The notes below the pieces were generated by a model that was given only the letters and a program-made list of their open reading frames with translations, searched no databases and had not been told where the DNA came from. The translations under genes were made by a program, and so were the position numbers. Shown here one piece after another: positions 1 to 7,172 of a DNA stretch of 64,000 nucleotides; the first letter of the stretch is position 1; the number at the start of each line of letters is the position of its first letter. The DNA is taken from IMG/VR virus record IMGVR_UViG_2859720988_000003; one strand, written 5' to 3'. The stretch is from a virus (lineage: Duplodnaviria; Caudoviricetes).

Positions 1-1941
1 TTTGAATTTGTCGTCTAACTCTTTACGCAGACGAACCACATCATCAGCTTTAGTGCTGGCATTTTTAATACCAAACTCAATATTATTGTCGGCGGTGTAT
101 TCAGCATCATCAAACAGCCCCATAAATACATCAGCGCTGAAACCAAGCTGTGCTAATGCTTTGGTCGTGGCGTCCGTTAGGCTTTTTTTGCTGACTTCAT
201 CGTCACAAATGAAACCATTTGTACTCTGATAAATATGTTTGGTATGACCAAAAGCAGGGAAGCGGCCCCGACCTCCTGCGTATTGGTACCACAGTTCAAT
301 CCGCATAGTGTGGTTGGAGGTCCGTAGAATGGTGCCATCCCCATCACGCATGGGTTTACGCCCGATCTCTCGATTGTTGCTATCCAGAATCGACTCCATA
401 AATGGGATGCCGGGTATAAATTCCTCACTGATAATATCCACGCCCCAGCCGCTACCAAAGGGGCCAAAGATTTCCGTGGCTCTCATTGTCTGATAGGTAG
501 GATTGATGCTGGTCACAGAGCGAATGACTTTGCCATTTTTGGTCGTATCTTTGCGCTTGGTACGCGCGGGATCGGTGCGCTGTACTGATTTCCAGATACT
601 TAAATTATCCTGAGACTCTTTTGGTAACTTAGAGATATCCTGATCGATCTGTGATGCCCGTTGTTGGAACTCATCTGCGGTAGGAGGCGGTGATTCTGGC
701 TCTAGCTGCTCATTGGTATGGGTCTCGGCGTTAATGGTCGCCGTTTCATCATTAATGGCGCTATTGGCAGTGTCAGATGCATGATTTAGCTGTTCTGTTG
801 CATCTTTTGGTACTTTTGTATCAGTTTTTGGTTTTTCGATTGTGCTGGTATTCGCCGCTGAATCGTTGGCTGCGCCGGTCAAGCCATCAACGCTGAATTT
901 GCCATCGCCAAGGTTTGCTACTTTCACATCATCGGCTTTTATTACATCAAGCTGTAAACACTGATTGATATAGGCTTTCAGCTTGGCTGGGTCTTTATGA
1001 ATATCTAATTCAGCACTGCGGATCATTGCAAACAGATCATCACGGGAAACCGCTAAAATGGCAGGGATAATCCGTAAAGCTGTTGACCAGCGCCGCCAAG
1101 CCTCATCACCTTTCTCTACTTTTTCTTTAGCGCCACGATAAATGGATGATGGCACTTCCCAAACATCATAATCACTGGGGAACAGGGCGCAGGCGACTTC
1201 AAGATCGAGAGAGGCGTAATCATGCTTATAATCGCGTTCACGATGACCCGCTGGCGTTGGCGATGAATTGGCTTGTTCATTAGCTTGACTGCCAGGGTGT
1301 TCCCGCTCATCCGGACGGGAGTTGATCCACTTTTCAGCAAACTTGTTAACGTCCGGCCATGATTTAAATACCGGAGTGTGGGCCTGAACATCATCAATGA
1401 GTTGTGCCAATGTAGTGATGTACATGTGCTTAACTTGTGGTAAGCGTGGCAAGCCATCAATAACTGCACGATATAACGGCTCTGATTCATCATCATTAAT
1501 TAAATCGTATGCATTAGATAATAGATGGCTATCAACAATTTCAGGCTCTACGCCATATAATAAAACATATGCAATTCTTACGTTAATTGGTAAATCGAAG
1601 ATGTTTTTAACATTGTCAATTTCATCAGTATTATCAACGACGATAGGTTCAAATTCTTTAGTTTCATCATTCCATTGATTATGTTCCATCCATTCAGTGC
1701 TGAATATGGCATTATCTTCAGCATCATCATGTACCGGAGGTCGAGGGGAACCCACACGATCAGCACAAACTTTAGGGGCAAAGAAATTACTACTTGATCC
1801 GGGGAATTCCCCTTCTAATAACATGGTGGATTTCATTGTTGCCATTTTTTGATTTTTGGCATCAACAGTAATCGCCATGGCTACAGCACCATTTGCCATA
1901 GCTGATTTTTTGGGTAGAAACCCACATACAAATAAGCTCAT
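1..1941 (-). CDS. RecE/Exo VIII-like N-terminus fused to a Rad52/Sak-like single-strand annealing domain (3' end runs off window)
   Basis: Not in the ORF track because it has no stop in the window. ATG at 1941 after GAGG gives MSLFVCGFLPKKSAMANG...; the same frame near the left edge reads WKSVQRTDP...SINPTYQTMRATEIFGPFGSGWG...KSLTDATTKALAQLGFSADVFMGLFDD. The middle was not translated base by base. Confidence 0.75.
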   Translation of the reverse strand, partial: MSLFVCGFLPKKSAMANGAVAMAITVDAKNQKMATMKSTMLLEGEFPGSSSNFFAPKVCADRVGSPRPPVHDDAEDNAIFSTEWMEHNQWNDETKEFEPIVVDNTDEIDNVKNIFDLPINVRIAYVLLYGVEPEIVDSHLLSNAYDLINDDESEPLYRAVIDGLPRLPQVKHMYITTLAQLIDDVQAHTPVFKSWPDVNKFAEKWINSRPDEREHPGSQANEQANSSPTPAGHRERDYKHDYASLDLEVACALFPSDYDVWEVPSSIYRGAKEKVEKGDEAWRRWSTALRIIPAILAVSRDDLFAMIRSAELDIHKDPAKLKAYINQCLQLDVIKADDVKVANLGDGKFSVDGLTGAANDSAANTSTIEKPKTDTKVPKDATEQLNHASDTANSAINDETATINAETHTNEQLEPESPPPTADEFQQRASQIDQDISKLPKESQDNLSIWKSVQRTDPARTKRKDTTKNGKVIRSVTSINPTYQTMRATEIFGPFGSGWGVDIISEEFIPGIPFMESILDSNNREIGRKPMRDGDGTILRTSNHTMRIELWYQYAGGRGRFPAFGHTKHIYQSTNGFICDDEVSKKSLTDATTKALAQLGFSADVFMGLFDDAEYTADNNIEFGIKNASTKADDVVRLRKELDDKFK

Positions 1942-1954
1942 TGGTCATTCCTCG

Positions 1955-2269
1955 CTAATTATTTTTAATCTGATAATAACAATCGGTCAGTGCTATTAAT
2001 TCATCTGTGGGTAATACATGATCTAACGACGTAGCGTCACATTTTTTAATTTTTTCTAAAGCCAGAGAAATTAAATCACGTACATCTACAATGCCGGATT
2101 CTATTAGATCTGAAACAGTGCCCATTATTGCGTCTGGACTCGCTCCAACTTCGACTAATGCGGGGGATTTAGCAGCATTAGCGATGACGATAGAATCAGC
2201 CAGGATTCTAAGTGTTGTCTTTTGCATAGAGATCTCGCTATAATTTCGGCGTCCAGTGGTGGAAGCCAT
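1955..2269 (-). CDS. Phage early hypothetical protein
   Basis: 104-aa ORF with GAGG RBS in the leftward early operon. Confidence 0.7.
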   Translation of the reverse strand: MASTTGRRNYSEISMQKTTLRILADSIVIANAAKSPALVEVGASPDAIMGTVSDLIESGIVDVRDLISLALEKIKKCDATSLDHVLPTDELIALTDCYYQIKNN

Positions 2270-2338
2270 TGGTCATACCTCGCTAGAGTCGGTTTGGTCG
2301 CTGACTCTGCCGTCACCGGGACGTTAAGCCGGTAAGAT

Positions 2339-2362
2339 TGCCCACCTTGAGTGGGCTTTTTT
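2339..2362 (+). terminator. Intrinsic terminator-like hairpin, antisense to the early-left operon
   Basis: GCCCAC-CTTGA-GTGGGC followed by TTTTTT on the + strand. Confidence 0.55.
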
Positions 2363-2457
2363 ACGTCTGTTTTAATGCCGGTTACGTTTTCGGCGTCGAT
2401 ATATCCACTTTAATGAGCTGAGTTTTACGACCGTTTCACTGGTGTTGGCTGCAATTA

Positions 2458-2790
2458 TTAATGTCTGGATTGAGTGGTTAAATCATCAACAACACTTGAT
2501 AACAAAGCAGCTAATAATAAGTTACGGACGTTGTTATTACCGAAGCTGAAATTGGCCTCAATGACTTCATCTTCGCCAATACCAATATAATGCTGAGCGG
2601 CGGCTTTAATTGCACAGCCCATACAGTGATAATCCCCTAAAGTTTCACCACTAGGCAAAACAATAGAAGCCAGCGGTAAATTAGCCTCTTTATTTTTAAC
2701 GGCATAGCCGATTGCTTCATTTTCTGCGGATAACTGAGCAACGTCATTATGAAGTGGTTTAATAGATAATTTAATTTCTTTAAATTTCAT
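2458..2790 (-). CDS. Phage early hypothetical protein
   Basis: 110-aa ORF with GAGG RBS. Confidence 0.7.
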   Translation of the reverse strand: MKFKEIKLSIKPLHNDVAQLSAENEAIGYAVKNKEANLPLASIVLPSGETLGDYHCMGCAIKAAAQHYIGIGEDEVIEANFSFGNNNVRNLLLAALLSSVVDDLTTQSRH

Positions 2791-2803
2791 TGGTCATACC
2801 TCG

Positions 2804-2977
2804 TTATTGTTGATGAATAATGGCATCGACTGGGTAGCAGTTGCCGTTGAATAACCTATTTTCGAAAATGACTTTTTCACATTCTTGTTGGGTGTCATAA
2901 ACTTCATAGACAATATCTCTACAAATTTCATGAGCAGGGCATACCGATACAACTAAAGCGAATAATAGTTGCTCCAT
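2804..2977 (-). CDS. DUF1482/YebW-family small protein
   Basis: Hand-translated 57 aa, MEQLLFALVVSVCPAHEICRDIVYEVYDTQQECEKVIFENRLFNGNCYPVDAIIHQQ; Cys pattern typical of DUF1482; below the ORF-track cutoff. Confidence 0.75.
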   Translation of the reverse strand: MEQLLFALVVSVCPAHEICRDIVYEVYDTQQECEKVIFENRLFNGNCYPVDAIIHQQ

Positions 2978-3089
2978 AAATTTCCTGAATATTAAAAATT
3001 GAAAATGAACATATGATTGCCTCGTTATTAACCCCGCTATAATTTCACGAATCTTTTCTAATAACTCTTTTATATTAACTATGTTGTTC

Positions 3090-3401
3090 CTATTCAGTTA
3101 ACAATTCTAAAATCTTTATTGCCTTAACTGGATTATCTGAACATGTTTCACGAATAATTTTTTTCAGGGATCTTGCTCTTACACCACGTTTTTTCGCCTC
3201 TGCTTTTAACAGTGTATCGCTGATACGATTGAAGGCTTCAAGTGCAGCAGCTTTGTTAGCGTTAAAGTTTGAAGCGGCTACGAAGCGTTTATCTGCCGCA
3301 ATACGTTTTTCACTTTTCAGGTGAGCATCAAGCTCTTTGTGAAAATCGCTATTCCCACGTTTAGTGAGGGGTAGGTTTAATATTCCGTGATCTAATGCCA
3401 T
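3090..3401 (-). CDS. Phage hypothetical protein (first gene of the leftward operon)
   Basis: 103-aa basic ORF with AAGG RBS. Confidence 0.65.
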   Translation of the reverse strand: MALDHGILNLPLTKRGNSDFHKELDAHLKSEKRIAADKRFVAASNFNANKAAALEAFNRISDTLLKAEAKKRGVRARSLKKIIRETCSDNPVKAIKILELLTE

Positions 3402-3477
3402 CGCCTTATCCCTTTTTATCTGCTTTCAGATTGTCAGAACTTGCTTACCTAAGCGGCTGTTGTGCCGTTGATGGGCT

Positions 3478-3532
3478 AAAGTTAATTTAAACTAACAATA
3501 AATTCAATCGTAAATTTAAATAAACTTAACAA
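3478..3532. promoter_or_regulatory. Leftward promoter/operator region (oL-like)
   Basis: Imperfect GTTA-N8-TAAC palindromes (AGTTAATTTAAACTAACA, ATTTAAATAAACTTAACA) resembling those between dicA and dicC. Confidence 0.5.
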
Positions 3533-3574
3533 TAAGGGCGAAATTATCGGTAAGAATTTGAAAAGTATGAATAT

Positions 3575-3967
3575 TTATTTGGCGAGTTTTTTTCTGGTTT
3601 GTAACAGCTCTTCAAAAAGTCGGTTTAACTCATCAACTTTAAGCCGAAGGTCTGTTAAGTGCCGCTCTTTTTCTGATTCAGGAAGAGACGCAAACAATTG
3701 AATTAGTTCAGCTTCTCTCTCATCAAGTTCAGGTGGGATCTTTACTGCGGGTGAGGGGGATTGATCTGTATCCCCGTATAAAATCCACGTTGGTGAGCAC
3801 TGTAATGCGGTACTCAGGGCAAATAGATTTTTGCCAGAAGGTGAACTGTCGTTGCTTTCCCATTGTGAAATGGTGACATGGGACACTTTCACCGCCTTTG
3901 CAAGGCTGCGTTGGGTTAGTTGCAGCTCATTTCGCCGCTCTCTGATGCGTTCACCGGGATTTTTCAT
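3575..3967 (-). CDS. dicA: DicA-like prophage repressor (HTH_3, no S24 peptidase domain)
   Basis: GERIRERR...TQRSLAKAVKVSHVTISQWE...GKNLFALS.ALQCSPTWIL closely follows E. coli Qin DicA. Confidence 0.88.
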   Translation of the reverse strand: MKNPGERIRERRNELQLTQRSLAKAVKVSHVTISQWESNDSSPSGKNLFALSTALQCSPTWILYGDTDQSPSPAVKIPPELDEREAELIQLFASLPESEKERHLTDLRLKVDELNRLFEELLQTRKKLAK

Positions 3968-4036
3968 AGTTAGGTAATTCTAAATTCTCTTGACTTAAAT
4001 TTCCTGAACAAATAACTTGTTAACTAAATCTAACAA
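3968..4036. promoter_or_regulatory. Divergent repressor/cro promoter-operator region (oR-like)
   Basis: Short intergenic gap with TTGACT and palindromes AGTTAGGTAATTCTAAAT and TGTTAACTAAATCTAACA. Confidence 0.6.
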
Positions 4037-4049
4037 CAGGAGAGGCGAC

Positions 4050-4247
4050 GTGTTAAAAAAAGATGCCATTCAATATTTCGGAACCAAGAGTGCTCTGGCA
4101 AAAGCTGCGGGGGTTAAGCCGCCATCAGTTTCTGCTTGGGGTGATTTAGTCCCAGAGAAAAGGGCCGTTCGATTAGAGAAAGCCTCTAATGGCGAATTGC
4201 ATTACGACCCTATTGATTATGACAAGCCTATAACACCAGCACAGTAA
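4050..4247 (+). CDS. dicC: DicC/Cro-like regulator
   Basis: GTG start after AGGAGAGG; MLKKDAIQYFGTKSALAKAAG...GDLVPEKRAVRLEKASNGELHYDP matches DicC. Confidence 0.85.
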   Translation: MLKKDAIQYFGTKSALAKAAGVKPPSVSAWGDLVPEKRAVRLEKASNGELHYDPIDYDKPITPAQ

Positions 4248-4287
4248 ACGCTGATTTTTAAAAATCAGCTTTCATAAGGAGGTCGCT

Positions 4288-4728
4288 GTGAAATTAAAAC
4301 ATGATGCCATCTGCGCAGAATTGCGGAGTTGGGCAGCAGAAACCAAACAAGAAATTGTCGCGGCAGAAGTGGCACAGGCTTATTTCGATCTCGGTGGTGA
4401 TGAGCTTCCACTCACGCCCATTGAGGATGAACACGCTACATACAACAACAAACAGCGCTTGTTCCGCTGGGTTGATAGTGACACTGACAAGGCCAGAGAA
4501 AAAATTGCCGAACTTACTCCAGCCATTCTTCAGGCATTGCCAGGAGAGCGACGCGCCAGATTGGAAAACCCCAATTCAGTGAATTATTTGGCGGCACAAG
4601 CATTGCGCGATTTCTCGCTGGCGATGAGCGCGGTGTTGTTGGGCTGCTCTGATATGTCACAGAAATTAATTAAAGCAACTGAGGCGATACATGCACTTAT
4701 TCCGGTGACACAGCAGTTGATTGCATAA
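4288..4728 (+). CDS. YdaT/CII-like regulator
   Basis: MKLKHDAI...WAAE...VAAEVAQAYFDLGG...LTPAILQALP; CII position after cro. Confidence 0.75.
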   Translation: MKLKHDAICAELRSWAAETKQEIVAAEVAQAYFDLGGDELPLTPIEDEHATYNNKQRLFRWVDSDTDKAREKIAELTPAILQALPGERRARLENPNSVNYLAAQALRDFSLAMSAVLLGCSDMSQKLIKATEAIHALIPVTQQLIA

Positions 4729-4741
4729 CGAGGTATGACCA

Positions 4742-4981
4742 ATGGCTAAATTTTCCAGAGAACAAGTCGAGCAACAATTACGAGATGAACTGCAACGTGT
4801 CGGTTTTAGCGAGACAGTCGCCAGATCTGCTGCTATTCAAGGCGGCAAGCATTATACCGACACGCCTAATTCCACATTTTCCAGCGCGTTAGTTTGGGCT
4901 AAGACATATGCCAAACCCTATAAGCGGATGCGGGATAAGCCAGCACAGAAAGCGGCCAAAGCTAAAAAGCCGTGGAGATAA
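4742..4981 (+). CDS. Phage hypothetical protein
   Basis: 79-aa ORF with GAGG RBS. Confidence 0.65.
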   Translation: MAKFSREQVEQQLRDELQRVGFSETVARSAAIQGGKHYTDTPNSTFSSALVWAKTYAKPYKRMRDKPAQKAAKAKKPWR

Positions 4982-4985
4982 CCGC

Positions 4986-5174
4986 ATGTCTAAAAAGCTG
5001 ACATACCGAAATGGTTACCGCTACGGGAATATGCCAATCACTTCAAACATGGCGCGGGTGGTTTTACGGCAATTTGCCCGTGAGGCTATGCAAGGCCAGC
5101 GTAGAGCTTTCAATGCTCTTTTTAATATTAGTAACGCCAAATGTAACGTTAATAGCGTTACAGAAAAGCACTGA
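4986..5174 (+). CDS. Phage hypothetical protein
   Basis: ATG after GGAG, tightly packed in the operon. Confidence 0.5.
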   Translation: MSKKLTYRNGYRYGNMPITSNMARVVLRQFAREAMQGQRRAFNALFNISNAKCNVNSVTEKH

Positions 5175-5607
5175 ATCGGGGTATGTATGGCATCAAGTTG
5201 GATAAAAGTCGAAGTTATTACTCCAGACAAACCGGAGATATTCCAACTGGCTGAAATCCTGAATATCGACCCAGATACAGTGCTTGGGAAATTAATTCGT
5301 GTTTGGGTCTGGGCTGACCAACAGACTATCGACGGTAACGCAGATGGTAACGCCGTCAGCGTTACAAGAATTGGCATTGACCGTATCACTTTTATGTCTG
5401 GCTTTGCTGATGCACTGATAACAGTTGGATGGTTAAAACATGACGGCGGGAAAATGTACTTCCCTCACTTTGACCGCCATAACGGAAAAGGTTCTAAAAA
5501 ACGGGCGGTTACAAGTAGGCGCGTTACAGAATTCAGAGATTCCAAGCCAAAAAGTAACGCTAATAGTAACGCTGGCAGCGTTACACCACCGGATAAAAAA
5601 GCGTTAC
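5131..5607. repeat. Iteron array / probable phage replication origin
   Basis: Three 32-bp modules GTAACG-N6-GTAACG-N6-GCGTTACA at 5131, 5335 and 5554, plus extra GCGTTAC at 5521 and 5601, in and just before the initiator gene. Confidence 0.75.
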
Positions 5608-6221
5608 CAGAGGAAGAGTTAGAGGAAGAGAAAGATCTAAAAGATAAACCCCTATTGTCCCATGGCGAAAAAAACGCCACAGGACCGAACGAGGATTATC
5701 CGCCTTCGAATCCCGAACCAGAACCCCAACAGGCTGGGAGCAAAAACAAGCGGCATGAGTACCCGCCAGAATTCGAAGCAGCTTGGCTGGAATACCCACG
5801 CAGACCGGGAAGCCCTGACAAGTACGGTGCTCTCAAGGCTTGGAATGCCCGACTACGGGACGGCGTAACGGTTGATGCGATGTTGGAGGGGGTGAAACGC
5901 TATGCAGCGTTCGTCAAGGCGACGGGCAAGGCTGGCACGGAATTTATCAAACAGGCTAAAACATTTTTTGGACCGTCAAAACATTTTGACGATGAATGGC
6001 AAGTGAGCACAGGAGAAAACCATGTGGAATTCAGATTCAACCAGAGCGACCCAAGGCCGTACTCTGAGCAATATCTCAGTTGGGAACAGCAACAGCAAGG
6101 AGTCACCGGCATGGCGCCTATGGGATCTCATGATCAAAATCTACGGGAACCGCTGGACTGCGAAGAATGGCAATCGACCATCGGACCTGTGGGAGTGCCA
6201 GATTGGGGCAATGACCAGTGA
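5187..6221 (+). CDS. Phage replication initiator (O-like)
   Basis: WIKVEVITPDKPEIFQLAEIL N-terminus; FEAAWLEYPRR...FIKQAKTFFGP C-terminal domain; contains iterons. Confidence 0.85.
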   Translation: MASSWIKVEVITPDKPEIFQLAEILNIDPDTVLGKLIRVWVWADQQTIDGNADGNAVSVTRIGIDRITFMSGFADALITVGWLKHDGGKMYFPHFDRHNGKGSKKRAVTSRRVTEFRDSKPKSNANSNAGSVTPPDKKALPEEELEEEKDLKDKPLLSHGEKNATGPNEDYPPSNPEPEPQQAGSKNKRHEYPPEFEAAWLEYPRRPGSPDKYGALKAWNARLRDGVTVDAMLEGVKRYAAFVKATGKAGTEFIKQAKTFFGPSKHFDDEWQVSTGENHVEFRFNQSDPRPYSEQYLSWEQQQQGVTGMAPMGSHDQNLREPLDCEEWQSTIGPVGVPDWGNDQ

Positions 6222-6657
6222 CCAACTCCAGCGGGTTTGCACCGCATGCATGAAACGCTGTGAATCTGGTAACTCTTGGCCGCCAGATTTTGCCGAGTTT
6301 GTTTCTCTTGTGGCGGAGCATGGTGGTGGTCATTTGGGTTTAACTGTGGTGGATGTTCTCGCCGAGCTTAAGCGCTACCGGAATGAATTTTATAAATACA
6401 GTTGTGCTGAGGAATTCAACTGGCGCCACCCGGTTTTATATCAGATTTGCGTAGACCTTAAGCGCCTTGGAATCGAAAAAAGGCTCACTGATACCGGACT
6501 AGAAACACAGGCAGGTATCGAGTTAGCCAAGTGGGAAAAACGTGCCGCCAGTGGTGTACCAATTCCCCCAATTCGCCGCCAATTGAAAACACCTGACCGA
6601 CCATCAGGATTAACCCCGGCACAGCAACTAGCCGCAGGAAACCGATACGTTAAATAA
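6022..6657 (+). CDS. Replication protein P-like (helicase loader); start uncertain
   Basis: LWDLMIKIYGNRWTAKNG...WPPDFAEF...W.HPVLY; overlaps the 3' end of the initiator. Confidence 0.7.
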   Translation: MWNSDSTRATQGRTLSNISVGNSNSKESPAWRLWDLMIKIYGNRWTAKNGNRPSDLWECQIGAMTSDQLQRVCTACMKRCESGNSWPPDFAEFVSLVAEHGGGHLGLTVVDVLAELKRYRNEFYKYSCAEEFNWRHPVLYQICVDLKRLGIEKRLTDTGLETQAGIELAKWEKRAASGVPIPPIRRQLKTPDRPSGLTPAQQLAAGNRYVK

Positions 6658-6671
6658 GCGAGGTATGACCA

Positions 6672-7172
6672 ATGGAAATTAATAACTGTAATAATTTTAT
6701 CAATGATAATCGGCCAGTGATTGACGACAAATGTGATCATTCATCCTGCATCATTGATGCCTGGGGAATGGCGGCTCGCGCCAGATGCCGAGCGCCTTAC
6801 ACGCCACCGGTCAAGCCGAAAAAAGTGGTAATTCCTACATCGAAAGCAACGAAATCAGAGAAGCTTAAAGCGGCCAAAAAATCTAACACATCATCAGCAC
6901 TGCGGCTAAAAGCCAGTGAGCTGGTGGCGGTGATGTTGGGCAAAACATTGACCTATACCGGCATTCTTGCCGCGCTTGATAAATCCTATCCGGATCACGG
7001 CATTACGCTGCGCATGTTGCAGATGCGTATGATTGGCTTGATGAAATCGCCACATGTTGACATTACTCGTCATGAAAAACCGGTAGCGGAATTTACCTTG
7101 CACAGTGTCAGTGAGCGTTTTTATGCGGATTCGATACTCAGGGCCAAAACAAAAGGTGGGGGGGCTCAATGA
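6672..7172 (+). CDS. Phage hypothetical protein
   Basis: 166-aa ORF with GAGG RBS, coupled to the next gene. Confidence 0.65.
   Translation: MEINNCNNFINDNRPVIDDKCDHSSCIIDAWGMAARARCRAPYTPPVKPKKVVIPTSKATKSEKLKAAKKSNTSSALRLKASELVAVMLGKTLTYTGILAALDKSYPDHGITLRMLQMRMIGLMKSPHVDITRHEKPVAEFTLHSVSERFYADSILRAKTKGGGAQ

Noticed and set aside
2-1781. Six short ORFs in the track
   Set aside because: Shadow frames of the long minus-strand recombinase gene
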